Source: Deltaproteobacteria bacterium
GTDB lineage: Bacteria > Desulfobacterota > Binatia > JACPRU01
Direction of reading: 5' to 3'
Assembly: GCA_016189835.1 (NCBI GenBank)
Contig: JACPRU010000078.1
Location: 8,275 to 72,274 of the forward strand
Length of the DNA: 64,000 nt
A program made the position numbers and the translations under genes. Under the pieces are notes generated by a model. That model was not told where the DNA came from. It ran no database searches and saw nothing but the letters and a program-made list of their open reading frames with translations. Below, piece after piece: positions 1-8,819 of this stretch. Positions within the stretch are counted from its first letter, which is position 1. The number at the start of each line of letters is the position of its first letter.

Positions 1-2
1 AG

Positions 3-344
3 CGCCCCGTCTGGGTCGTCGAGGGGCGGCCGCGCGACCGCTACTACAGCTACGGCCGCCAGCTCTTCTACGTCGACCGCGACACGTTCCAGGCCTACGC
101 GAAGGTCATCGACACGCCGGCCGGCGAATACTGGAAGACGGTGCTCGTCGACCTCGGCATGTCGTGCGCGCCGGACAACCAGCGCTGCTACCCGGTGGTG
201 GCGATGAGCCTGTTCGTCGACGACAAGAACGACCGCGCCACCGCCACCTCGGTCGCCGGACCGGGCAGCGTGGTCTACGTGAACACCCCGCGCGTGCGCG
301 CCGAGCAGTTCACGCTGCAGGGATTGTTGAAGCAGGGGAAATAG
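3..344 (+). CDS. DUF1329-family (LolA-like outer-membrane lipoprotein-sorting fold) protein, C-terminal fragment; 5' end outside window
   Basis: Frame 3 is open from the window edge to TAG 342-344. The translation RPVWVVEGRPRDRYYSYGRQLFYVDRDTFQAYAKVIDTPAGEYWKTVLVDL...FTLQGLLKQGK has the layout of DUF1329 C-termini. It parallels the C-terminus of the complete DUF1329 gene at 61894-63153. Confidence 0.6.
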   Translation, partial: RPVWVVEGRPRDRYYSYGRQLFYVDRDTFQAYAKVIDTPAGEYWKTVLVDLGMSCAPDNQRCYPVVAMSLFVDDKNDRATATSVAGPGSVVYVNTPRVRAEQFTLQGLLKQGK

Positions 345-360
345 GGGTATCGAGCGGCGC

Positions 361-600
361 ATGAGGCTCGTCGTCCCCGCCGTCTACGAAGACGGTTTCC
401 TCGAGGCGATGGCCGGCTTCATCGACTTCTTCCGCAAGAAGCACGACTGCCGCGTCGGCTGCCGCGACTGCCGCCACTGCGACGACTGGGCGGAGCGGGC
501 GCTGCGCTTGCGCGACGATCACGCCGCCTTCGCCGAGCGCGTCGCCGCCGCGCTCGAGCGTTACGAGAGCGGCGGGTTCCGCAGCGTCAGCGGGCGGTAG
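361..600 (+). CDS. small Cys-rich hypothetical protein (79 aa, C-x3-C-x2-C-x2-C)
   Basis: ATG lies 17 nt after the upstream stop. Third codon positions are strongly G/C. Motif HDCRVGCRDCRHC. No family recognised. Confidence 0.5.
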   Translation: MRLVVPAVYEDGFLEAMAGFIDFFRKKHDCRVGCRDCRHCDDWAERALRLRDDHAAFAERVAAALERYESGGFRSVSGR

Positions 601-632
601 CCGCGATTCGCGGCGGCCGGCCCCGCGTGTCC

Positions 633-1028
633 CTACCGGCGAAGGCGGGCGATCACCTTGATCTCGACGAGGCCGCCGGGGATCGCCAGCTCGGTGATGC
701 CGATCGCCGTCCACGCCGGGTAGGGCTCCTTCACGTAGCGGTCCTTCACGCTCATGAACGTGAGCAGGTTGGCCTGCAGGCCGACGTGGAACGTCGTCAT
801 CTCGACCACGTCGGCGAACGACAGTCCCGCGGCCGCGAGCACGCCCTGGAGCGACTCGAAGGCCTGGGTGAACTGCGTCTGCGGGTCGGCCGCGGCCTTG
901 CCGTCCGGGCCGATACCGATCACGCCCGAGCAGTACAGGTGATCGCCGTCCTTCACGCCCGGCGAAAAATGGTACTGATCGTAGTAGGCCTCCATCCCCT
1001 TCGGAATCACGACATCCCTCTTGTCCAT
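633..1028 (-). CDS. RidA/YjgF-family protein (reactive intermediate deaminase-like)
   Basis: 131-aa product from the internal ATG at 1028 of ORF 633..1556; the upstream 176 codons are Arg/Ala/Gly-rich junk. YCSGVIGIGPDG and AWTAIGITELAIPGGLVEIKVIA are typical of the YjgF/RidA fold. Confidence 0.8.
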   Translation of the reverse strand: MDKRDVVIPKGMEAYYDQYHFSPGVKDGDHLYCSGVIGIGPDGKAAADPQTQFTQAFESLQGVLAAAGLSFADVVEMTTFHVGLQANLLTFMSVKDRYVKEPYPAWTAIGITELAIPGGLVEIKVIARLRR

Positions 1029-1051
1029 CGATGACCTCCTGGTTGTGGGGA

Positions 1052-2206
1052 TCAGCGCGCGGCGGCGCCGCGGAGAAAATAGAGACCGGTCGGATCGATC
1101 TCGGCGACCAGGCCGGTGCGGATCCAGTTGTCGGCGACCAGCGTCCCGCCCGCCGGCGCGTGCGCCGACTTGATGCCCAGCTCGGCGGACTCGACCGCGT
1201 CCCAGCCGATGTTCAGCGGCTCGCCGGTGGCGGGATTGAGCGGCCGGGTATCGACGTTCGGCAGCGGGATGCCGACCGCATCGTCGAGAAACCACGTGGG
1301 ATGGCTGGCGATGATCGGCCCCAGGTCGTTGCGCCCGAGCACGGTGAGCACCGGCGCACCCACCCGCCGCGCCAGACGCCGCCGCGCCGAGAGGCTGAAC
1401 GGCCCCTCCACGCCGACCAGCGCGCCCGCGCCGACGCGCAGCCGCGGGATGCGAGGTGGAGCGTCGAGGAAGCGGGCGACCGCCGTCGGCCAGGTCGCGA
1501 CCACGTAGTCGACGCGCTCCGGCGGCGCCGCAGCGTGCTCCCCCCAGCCCACCCACACCGCGGCGCCGCGCTGCCAGGCGCCGAGCAGCGTCGCCAGCGA
1601 CAGCCAGTCGGTCGGCGGCTCGAGCAGCAGCACCTGCGTGTCGGCGTCGATCATGAAGAAGCTGCCGACGTCGATGGCCGTCGCCGCCAGCGTCTTGTGG
1701 GTGTGGACGACCTCGCCGCCGCGATCGGGCTTGGCGAACGCGATCAGCGGCTTCTTGTAGTCCGGCCGCTCGCTCCTCGGGTCGCCTTCCTCGCCGAGCA
1801 AGGCGGCGACCGGAACCGCGCGCTCGCCCGCGCCGATCACCAGATCGGCCCCGAACAGCTCGACGGTCTCGGCCGCGATCGCGCCGGCGCTCACGTACGC
1901 CAGCATCTCGGTCTCGAAGCAGGCGAACAGCGCGGCGGCGAGGTCGGCGGGCTCGGCGACTGCCACGGCGACGCGCGAGCCCTTGGCCAGGCGCGCGCGC
2001 AGTGACGCGGCGAGCTTCTTCGCGCGCGCCGACACCTCGCCGTACGACACCGGTCCGCCGTCGGTCACCAGCGCCGCCCGATCCGGGGCGCTGCCGGCGA
2101 AGGCGTGCAGCGTGATCTCGCCGACGCGCTTGAGCGGCACGTGCGCGTAGCGCGCCGTGTCCTCCGGCCAGTAGGCGGCCAGCTGGCCGAGCGCTCCCTT
2201 GCCCAT
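1052..2206 (-). CDS. adenylate-forming (AMP-dependent synthetase/ligase) superfamily protein, short and motif-divergent
   Basis: 384 aa. PDRGGEVVHTHKTL stands in place of the canonical TSGTTGxPKGVxxTHxxL. The C-terminal WIRTGLVAEIDPTGLYFLRG resembles the ligase hinge region (W.rTGD...d..G.....GR). Confidence 0.6.
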   Translation of the reverse strand: MGKGALGQLAAYWPEDTARYAHVPLKRVGEITLHAFAGSAPDRAALVTDGGPVSYGEVSARAKKLAASLRARLAKGSRVAVAVAEPADLAAALFACFETEMLAYVSAGAIAAETVELFGADLVIGAGERAVPVAALLGEEGDPRSERPDYKKPLIAFAKPDRGGEVVHTHKTLAATAIDVGSFFMIDADTQVLLLEPPTDWLSLATLLGAWQRGAAVWVGWGEHAAAPPERVDYVVATWPTAVARFLDAPPRIPRLRVGAGALVGVEGPFSLSARRRLARRVGAPVLTVLGRNDLGPIIASHPTWFLDDAVGIPLPNVDTRPLNPATGEPLNIGWDAVESAELGIKSAHAPAGGTLVADNWIRTGLVAEIDPTGLYFLRGAAAR

Positions 2207-2218
2207 CGCGCGCCGCCC

Positions 2219-3547
2219 TCAGCCGACCTGGGTCTCGGAGAGCACGGGCGCGACGCCCTTGAACTGGAGCGGCAGCTCGCGCACCCAGGCGACTTCGCCG
2301 CCGGCCCCGAAGCGCTCGGCGAGCGCCGCGACGATGCGCTCGGCGAGAGCGGCGGCTCGGGCTTCGGGCTCGGGCATCAGCAGCCGGAGCTTGCCGCAGT
2401 TCAATCCCTCGCGCGAGATCACGAACGGCATTCCCACCGTCTCCGGCACGGCCTCCTCGAGCGCGAGCTGAACGTCGTACGCGACCACGGTCTCGCCGCC
2501 CAGCCGGAAGCTCGCCTCCCAGCGGCCGACGATCTTAATTCGCGGCGACGGCAGGCCGCAAGCACACGGCGAGTCGTCCCGCGTGATCACGTCCTCGGTG
2601 TCGTAGCGCAGGTACACCGAGCCCTCGGGAATCAGGAAGCAGTGTACCATCGAGCCCCGCCGGCCGGCCGGCACGGGCTCTCGCGTCTGCGGATCGAGCG
2701 CCTCGACGTAGCAGGTGTCGGGAACGACGTGCAGGCCGCTCCGCTCGGTGCACGACACCGCCAGCACTCCTTCGGTCGCGCCGGCGACCTCCGCGATGCG
2801 ACCGACGCCGGTCATCTCCTTCAGGTGCCGCTCCATGCCGGCGGTGATCGGCGCGCCGGTCACCAGCAGCACCTCGGCACGGTCGAACAGCGCGCGCGGC
2901 TCGAGGCCCATGCGCCGCGCCGCCGCCAGGATCGGAAACACCATCGGCAGGAACATCGTCACGTAACGCGGTCGGAAGCGGCGCAGCGCATCGACGATGC
3001 GGTCCGCGTAGCGCGGCAGGTACGTGCCCGACACCACCACGCAGGGCGCGTCGAAGAATTCGGCGAGATACGGCTGGATCGCCGCGTAGGCGTGCCAGGC
3101 CGGAGCCGAGATCACGAACGGCGAACCGGGGCGAAACCCGGCCCACCAGTGCGCGCGCGCCGAGGAGCGGCCTTGCCGGCGCCGCCAGCGGGGATTGACG
3201 GTCAGGAACGTCGTGCCGCTCGTCCCGGAGCTGACCGTCAGCGTGTCGCCCACCCGCCCATCGGCCCGCCGCTCGATGCCGAGCGCGTGGCTCTGCAGCT
3301 CCGCCTGCCGGCCGAGCATGTCCCGTTTGCGAAACGTCGGCAGGCGCCGCAGGTCGTCGAGGCTGCGGAACTCCTTCGCGTCGAAGCCCGCCGCGCCGAA
3401 GCGGCTCCGATAGAACGGCAGCTCGCTCATCGCCGTCTCGAGCACGCCCCGCAAGCGCTTCGTCCACCACCGTCGCAGCGCGGCGGGCGTCAGCGTGTCG
3501 AGCCGGTCGAACGGCTCGGCCGGGCGCGCTCGGCCGTTCAGCTCCAT
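2219..3547 (-). CDS. PaaK-family adenylating enzyme (phenylacetate-CoA ligase / coenzyme F390 synthetase-like)
   Basis: 442 aa from ATG 3547 (aa 200 of ORF 2219..4144; the upstream part is Arg-rich junk). FYRSRF...LRRLPTFRKRDML and the P-loop-like VSSGTSGTT match the PaaK N-domain. Confidence 0.75.
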   Translation of the reverse strand: MELNGRARPAEPFDRLDTLTPAALRRWWTKRLRGVLETAMSELPFYRSRFGAAGFDAKEFRSLDDLRRLPTFRKRDMLGRQAELQSHALGIERRADGRVGDTLTVSSGTSGTTFLTVNPRWRRRQGRSSARAHWWAGFRPGSPFVISAPAWHAYAAIQPYLAEFFDAPCVVVSGTYLPRYADRIVDALRRFRPRYVTMFLPMVFPILAAARRMGLEPRALFDRAEVLLVTGAPITAGMERHLKEMTGVGRIAEVAGATEGVLAVSCTERSGLHVVPDTCYVEALDPQTREPVPAGRRGSMVHCFLIPEGSVYLRYDTEDVITRDDSPCACGLPSPRIKIVGRWEASFRLGGETVVAYDVQLALEEAVPETVGMPFVISREGLNCGKLRLLMPEPEARAAALAERIVAALAERFGAGGEVAWVRELPLQFKGVAPVLSETQVG

Positions 3548-4389
3548 GCCAGTCTCGCCGCGCGCCGCTCCGCGGCGCAGCCGCGCCCGACGATCTCGGC
3601 GCCGTCCAGCCGGTAACCGATCGCCGGGCACTCCGCGGCGAACCGCGCGCTCAGCGCGACCCCTCCGCCCGCGAGCGGCTCCGCCCGGTACGCGGGGTCG
3701 AGGTGGAAGAGGCCGCAGCTCGGACAGTCTCCGCTCACCAGGTAGGCGGCGTCCGCGCGCAGCAGCCGGCGCACCGGAGCGCCGATGGCGGCCTGCAGTC
3801 GCTCGGCGTCGGCGCGGGCGGGCGCGCCTTCTACCTCGCTCACCGCCGCCCAGCGCAGCCGCGACCCCGGCGGCAAGCCGCGCGTGCCGAGCGCATCGAC
3901 GAACGGCGCGATCAGGTCGCGGCGGATGACCAGCGCCGAGGGATGCACGGCCTCGAGGATCCCCAGCAGGCGCGCCGTCATGCTGGCCACGCCGTCGTTG
4001 CAGATCACGCTGGCGCCGAGCCGCGTCGCCGCTCCGCGCCGCAGGTGCGACACGTAGATCGACGACGACAGCAGCACGCAGGGGTTCGAGCCGTAGTCGA
4101 AGAACGCGATCGAATCGCCCGCCCCGAGCCCGAAGCGCGCCCACAACCGCGACACCGCGCCCGCCCAGGCGTCGAGGTCCCTGCCGTCGAGCGAGGACCA
4201 GACCGGCGGCTCGCTCGTCGCCTCGATCTGCAGCGCGACGCGCGGCTTCGCGCCCGCGCGCACGCGGCCGGCGAACGGGTCGTCGTGCGCCCCGGCGAAG
4301 TCCTCGAGATCCTCGACCGACCAGGGCGCCGGCACGCCGCGCCCGTCGAGGCGCGGGCGATAGAAGGGAAAGTCGCGGAGGTCGGTCAC
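3538..4389 (-). CDS. PaaK-like paralogue lacking the SSGTTG P-loop (probable non-catalytic partner)
   Basis: 283 aa. FPFYRPRL...DLEDF... aligns by eye to the PaaK N-terminus, but the P-loop position reads IEATSEPP. Its 3' end overlaps the start of the downstream PaaK-like gene by 10 nt. Confidence 0.6.
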   Translation of the reverse strand: MTDLRDFPFYRPRLDGRGVPAPWSVEDLEDFAGAHDDPFAGRVRAGAKPRVALQIEATSEPPVWSSLDGRDLDAWAGAVSRLWARFGLGAGDSIAFFDYGSNPCVLLSSSIYVSHLRRGAATRLGASVICNDGVASMTARLLGILEAVHPSALVIRRDLIAPFVDALGTRGLPPGSRLRWAAVSEVEGAPARADAERLQAAIGAPVRRLLRADAAYLVSGDCPSCGLFHLDPAYRAEPLAGGGVALSARFAAECPAIGYRLDGAEIVGRGCAAERRAARLAWS

Positions 4390-4425
4390 GGCGCGGCTCA
4401 GGTCACGACGGCTCGCCGCCGCACC

Positions 4426-4944
4426 CTAGAATTTCGCCATCGCTCCGCCGAGCGCGGCCAGCACGGCGGCGACGACGTTCCAGTAGTAGAAGCGATCCTG
4501 CCAGAGCGTGACGCGCTCTTGAGCCGCGCGCATCTCCTCCATGTCGCGCAGGCCCGCCGAGTACGGCATCTTCTTGGTCAGCACCGCCTTGTACCAGTAG
4601 CCCGACAGGCCGCCGGTGATGAACAGGAAGAACCACGACGTGATCATCAGCGTGATCCATCGGCCGTAGGGGCCGGTGACGAAGTCGGCGGTGAGCAGGC
4701 TCGGCAGCTGTCCCATCAGCCACAGGCGGGCGAACCCGGAGAGGCCGAGCAGCAGGATCGCCGTCGTCCCGACGACGAACAGCCCGCCGCCGATCTTCTG
4801 GCTGACGACCGTCGAGTGCGCGGGCGGAATGCGCTTCAGCGCGGGATTGAGAATCGCGGTGTTGAACACGATCGATCCGACCAGCAGGATGGCCGAATAG
4901 ACGTGGATCACCCGCAGAAGCTGCAGCCAGAAGACGGTCGACAC
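4426..4944 (-). CDS. integral membrane protein, about 4 TM helices (CopD/DUF2269-like appearance)
   Basis: 172 aa with four hydrophobic stretches (AILLVGSIVF, GGLFVVGTTAILLLGL, ITLMITSWFFLFITGG, YYWNVVAAVLAALGG). GTG start with a weak SD, so the start is uncertain. Confidence 0.6.
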   Translation of the reverse strand: MSTVFWLQLLRVIHVYSAILLVGSIVFNTAILNPALKRIPPAHSTVVSQKIGGGLFVVGTTAILLLGLSGFARLWLMGQLPSLLTADFVTGPYGRWITLMITSWFFLFITGGLSGYWYKAVLTKKMPYSAGLRDMEEMRAAQERVTLWQDRFYYWNVVAAVLAALGGAMAKF

Positions 4945-5032
4945 GGGTGACGGCGGCGGCGTGGCGGCGAGGGTCGGCGCCGTGGCGGCGAGGAATCCGG
5001 ACCGGTCCTCGCCGCCACGTCACCGGGGCGCC

Positions 5033-6418
5033 TCAATCGTGCCAGATCTTCGACCGGTTGCGGATGCGGTCGTTGACGTAGCCGGCCTTGTAGTAGGTGT
5101 CGTAGAACTCTTCGTCGACGTTGTGGATCACCGCGCCGAAGTGGGCCTGCATCGGGTTGTAGGTCACCGGCCACTGTCCGAAGTTCTTCACGCAGTAGTC
5201 GATGTAGGCCGTGAGCGCTTCCTTGACCCAGGGCGAGGGCCGGGTGCGCGGGTCCTTGAGAATCGCGTCGCGGGTGGCGTCCTTCCAGGGCGCGCCGACC
5301 GCGCGCAAGTAGCCGGTGGGGGCGTCGTTCATCACGCCTTCCTTGCCGTATTTCTCGTCGTACCAGAAGTCGACCAGCTGCTCGGCCGACTTCCAGCGCG
5401 GCGACGGCACGTAGGTGGCTTCCTTCACGCCCTCGATGCCGAACACCTTGATCTGTCCGGTCGAGATCGGCGCCCGCGGGTTCGGCGCCTCGACGTGGAA
5501 CCCGAGCCCCCGGGAGATCTCGGGCATGGCGCCGAACAGGATCTCGGGGTTGAAGCCGCAGTACACCCAGTTGCCGAGCCCCATCGCCTCGGCGGCGAGG
5601 CGAATGTTCTGGATCTGCATGCCCGTCGGGTAGCTCTCGGTCTGGAAGATCAGCTGCTCCGACCCGGCGATCGTCGAGGCCAGCTCGAGCTTGCCCTCGC
5701 CGATCCACTTCTCGCAGCCCGCCGGACGCCCGCCGTTCCACTCGTCGACGAAGTACATGTGCCAGCAGTCCATGAAATTGATCAGCGCGGAGTTCAGGTA
5801 GCCGGCGTCGGTGAGCGGAATGAACCAGGTCGTTCCCGGGCTGTTCATGTTGACCTGGTAGGGGCCCATGAGCGTCGCGTTCGGGGCGCCCTGCGCGCGC
5901 ATCACGTGGTCGACGTCCGGGCGCTCGTCGAGGATCTGCGTCGTCGACTCCTCGTACCAGCGCACGACCTTGTCGTAGTCCTTCTCGCCTTCGATCTCGA
6001 TCGGCTTCTCGCGCTTGGTGGTCGGCTTGTAGATGAAGGCGCCCTGGTCGTTGATGATCAGCAGGTCGGTCGCCAGCGAGTTCCCGGGATGCGGCGTGGT
6101 CCGGCCGGCGATCCAGGTGAGTTCGTGAAAGCCGCCGTCAAGCGAGATGTCCCACGCCACCAGCCCGTTCGGACCGCAGGCCGCCCAGGCGATCAGCGCC
6201 TCCTCGAGCTTGGAGAGCGGCTTCGGCTCCTTCTTGGAGACGAACTGCATCGGACCCTTCTGCTGCTTGACCAGGCGGCCGGTGGCCGGGTGCTTGTATT
6301 CGGTGCCGGAGTCGATGCGGTAGCCGCGCCCGACGCGGCGGCTGCGAATCGTGCTGCACAGCTGGAAGAAGCTCGGCGTCTGCTCGAACGCGTACTTCAG
6401 TCGCTCCTTGTCCGTCAT
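5033..6418 (-). CDS. large nitroreductase-superfamily-like protein (461 aa), function unknown
   Basis: Non-biased composition. RSRRVGRGY near the N-terminus, LEEALIAWAACGPNG and IQNIRLAAEAMGLGNWVYCGF resemble nitroreductase-fold motifs. The protein is about twice the usual length. The assignment is tentative. Confidence 0.6.
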   Translation of the reverse strand: MTDKERLKYAFEQTPSFFQLCSTIRSRRVGRGYRIDSGTEYKHPATGRLVKQQKGPMQFVSKKEPKPLSKLEEALIAWAACGPNGLVAWDISLDGGFHELTWIAGRTTPHPGNSLATDLLIINDQGAFIYKPTTKREKPIEIEGEKDYDKVVRWYEESTTQILDERPDVDHVMRAQGAPNATLMGPYQVNMNSPGTTWFIPLTDAGYLNSALINFMDCWHMYFVDEWNGGRPAGCEKWIGEGKLELASTIAGSEQLIFQTESYPTGMQIQNIRLAAEAMGLGNWVYCGFNPEILFGAMPEISRGLGFHVEAPNPRAPISTGQIKVFGIEGVKEATYVPSPRWKSAEQLVDFWYDEKYGKEGVMNDAPTGYLRAVGAPWKDATRDAILKDPRTRPSPWVKEALTAYIDYCVKNFGQWPVTYNPMQAHFGAVIHNVDEEFYDTYYKAGYVNDRIRNRSKIWHD

Positions 6419-6643
6419 GGAAAGTCTCCTTCGATCTCGTTCGTCGCTACACGGCCGCCGGGCTCCGCCGCCGGCAGCCGCCCATCGATGAGCACATAGT
6501 CAACGGCTCGCCGCGAAGTCAATCGCCGTCGCCGCCGAACGCGGAGCATACTCCCAAAGATTGAATCGGCGGGCGTTTTGGGCGATGGATTCGGATCGGG
6601 ATTTGGTCTAATTCGCCGTGATCTCGGCGCACGGAGGACATCC

Positions 6644-7432
6644 ATGGAATTCCAACAAGTCGTAGGCATCCGCAGGTCGATTCGTTACTTCGAGCCCGAC
6701 AAGCCGGTCGAGCAGGAGAAGATCCAGAAGATTCTCGAGGCCTGTCGCGTGGCCTCGTGCGCGGTCAACGCGCACTGGTTGAAGGCGGTGGTCGTGCGGC
6801 GCGACGACATCGCGCCCGCGGATCTGGAGAAGATGAAGAACCCGGTGCAGGCGAACGTGATCGCCCTCGCTCCGGTACACATCTACTTCTACGGCGATCC
6901 CGGAGTGGTCAACCAGATCAAGGGCTCGCGCCTGAAGCAGCTCCACGACGTCGGCGCGCTCAACCCCACCCACGGCTGGAGCCACAAGTTCGTCGACGAG
7001 GTCGTCTACCCGCAGATCCTGAAGCCGCTCACCGACAATCCGTTCTACCCGGTCGCGCTGGCCTTCGACTGCGGCGTCGCCGCGTGTCAGGGCGTCTTGA
7101 TGGCGTTCGACCAGGGCCTCGGCGCCTGCCTGACCGCGTTCGTCCCGGAGGTCGTCGCCAAGTACACCAAGGTGCCGGGCAACTGGATCCCGTTCTACCA
7201 GCTGAACGTCGGCTACCCCGCGGAGTCGCGCGAGGCCGGCGGCCAGCGGCCGCGCCCGCCGTTCGAGGAGCAGTACTTCCTGAACCAGTACGGCAGCTCC
7301 TTCCCGCGCGATCCCAAGGTCGTGAAGGAGCTCGAGGCTTCGGGCCTGTTCACTACCCCGGCGCGGCCCGACAACGCGGAACGGCGCAAGGAGATCCGCG
7401 ATCTCGCGCGCCGGCTCAACCTGCCGATGTGA
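6644..7432 (+). CDS. nitroreductase family protein
   Basis: ATG 6644 is preceded by GGAGGA. VVGIRRSIRYFEPDKPVEQEKIQKILEACRVASCAVN and GVAACQGVLMAFDQGLGAC are classic nitroreductase motifs. The upstream 22 codons of ORF 6578 are unlikely to be translated. Confidence 0.8.
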   Translation: MEFQQVVGIRRSIRYFEPDKPVEQEKIQKILEACRVASCAVNAHWLKAVVVRRDDIAPADLEKMKNPVQANVIALAPVHIYFYGDPGVVNQIKGSRLKQLHDVGALNPTHGWSHKFVDEVVYPQILKPLTDNPFYPVALAFDCGVAACQGVLMAFDQGLGACLTAFVPEVVAKYTKVPGNWIPFYQLNVGYPAESREAGGQRPRPPFEEQYFLNQYGSSFPRDPKVVKELEASGLFTTPARPDNAERRKEIRDLARRLNLPM

Positions 7433-7434
7433 CG

Positions 7435-7779
7435 ATGGCGCTCGACAAGCCGCTCACCGACTACGACACCGTCAAGACCTGGGACCAGGGTCTCCGCCGT
7501 CAGTGGGGCGGAGACCCGCTCGCCGAAGAACCGGATATGCTCGAATCGCTGCGCGAGTTCTGCGAGTTCGTCGCCGAGGATCCCGACGCCATCGCGTCCA
7601 AGCTCTTCCGCATCCGCAAGTCCGACGGCGAGCGCGTGCTGTCGGTCAAGTGGCGCACGCATTACGCCGACAAGGTGAAGGAGTTCCGCGCCCGATCCGG
7701 CGGCGGCCCCGAGGGGCAGCGCAAGGGCTCGGCCGTGCTCTCGTTCATGATCCACAACGGCGTGCTGATCCAGGCCTGA
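7435..7779 (+). CDS. hypothetical protein (114 aa)
   Basis: ATG lies 2 nt after the nitroreductase stop, which suggests coupling. Composition is unbiased (MALDKPLTDYDTVKTWDQGLRRQW...). It is the tail of the spurious ORF 6757..7779. Confidence 0.6.
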   Translation: MALDKPLTDYDTVKTWDQGLRRQWGGDPLAEEPDMLESLREFCEFVAEDPDAIASKLFRIRKSDGERVLSVKWRTHYADKVKEFRARSGGGPEGQRKGSAVLSFMIHNGVLIQA

Positions 7780-7789
7780 GGAGACCCGC

Positions 7790-8812
7790 ATGGCCAACAA
7801 GCGTCGCTACTGGGGGGTGATTCCCCCCCTGCCGGGAGCCGCCCTCGGCGCCGCTGTCCGGCAGTGCGAGGCGATCGGCCTCGAAGGCGTCTGGGCGATC
7901 CAGCTGTGGGGGCCGCCGTTCGTCACGCTCGGCGCCGCCGCCATGGCCAGCACCCGGCTGAAGCTCGGCAGCGGCGTCGCGCTCGCCTTCGTGCGCAGCC
8001 CGCTCGAGACCGCCGCCGCGGCGCTCGACGTCGATACCATCAGCGGCGGCCGCATGGTGCTCGGGATCGGGCCGTCGGTTCGCTGGTGGAACGAGGAGTG
8101 GTTCGGCGTCGAGTACGGAAAGCCGATCCCGCACCTGCGCGAAGCCGTGCGGGTGATCCGCGCGATCATCGAGAAGGGGCACAGCGGCTCGCTCGGCCGG
8201 ATCGGCGGCGAGTACTACAAGCTGAACCTCGACCGCTACAAGGCGCTGGCGGCGCCGGTGCGAACGCACATCCCGATCTATCTGCCGGCGCTCTACGAGA
8301 CCGCGATGCAGCTCGCCGGCGAGGTCGGCGACGGCCTCGCGTCGCACCCGATCTCGAGCGAGCAGTGGGTCTTCGAGCGCATCGTGCCGAACGTCAAGAA
8401 GGGCCTCGACAAGGCGGGCAAGCCGCGCTCGAGCTTCGACCTGAACGTGTGGCTCTACGTGGCCCCGAACGCCGACACGAAGCAGGCGATCGCCGAGACG
8501 CGGCCGACGGTCGCGTTCTACGCGCTGCACACGCAATACGAGAAGTACTTCGCCGCCAACGGCTTCGGCCGCGAGGCGCGGGCGATCGCCGCGGCCGCCC
8601 AGGCGAAGGACGAGGCCGCGATGCTGCGGGCCTGCACCGACGCGATGGTCGAGAAGTTCGCGATCATCGGCTCGCCCGACGAGGTGCGGCGGCGCATCGA
8701 CCGCATCGCCGAGGTGGTCGACTCCTTCACGCTGTGCGCGCCGTACGTCGGCATCGGCGGCGAGCGCATCGGCTTCTACAACCAGCAGATCGCCGAGACG
8801 TTCTACGCCTGA
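7790..8812 (+). CDS. LLM-class (luciferase-like) F420-dependent oxidoreductase
   Basis: 340 aa. GLEGVWAIQLWGPPFVTLGAAAMASTRLKLGSGVALAFVRSP and GRMVLGIGPS match the luciferase-like monooxygenase fold. cofD is nearby. Confidence 0.75.
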   Translation: MANKRRYWGVIPPLPGAALGAAVRQCEAIGLEGVWAIQLWGPPFVTLGAAAMASTRLKLGSGVALAFVRSPLETAAAALDVDTISGGRMVLGIGPSVRWWNEEWFGVEYGKPIPHLREAVRVIRAIIEKGHSGSLGRIGGEYYKLNLDRYKALAAPVRTHIPIYLPALYETAMQLAGEVGDGLASHPISSEQWVFERIVPNVKKGLDKAGKPRSSFDLNVWLYVAPNADTKQAIAETRPTVAFYALHTQYEKYFAANGFGREARAIAAAAQAKDEAAMLRACTDAMVEKFAIIGSPDEVRRRIDRIAEVVDSFTLCAPYVGIGGERIGFYNQQIAETFYA

Positions 8813-8819
8813 GGTCGCG

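Noticed and set aside
2105-3616. 503-aa plus-strand ORF, plus several others (3703..4950, 4961..6499), opposite the PaaK-like, membrane and nitroreductase-like genes
   Set aside because: Their composition is Arg/Ala/Pro/Gly/His-dominated and they are antisense to proteins with unbiased composition and family motifs.
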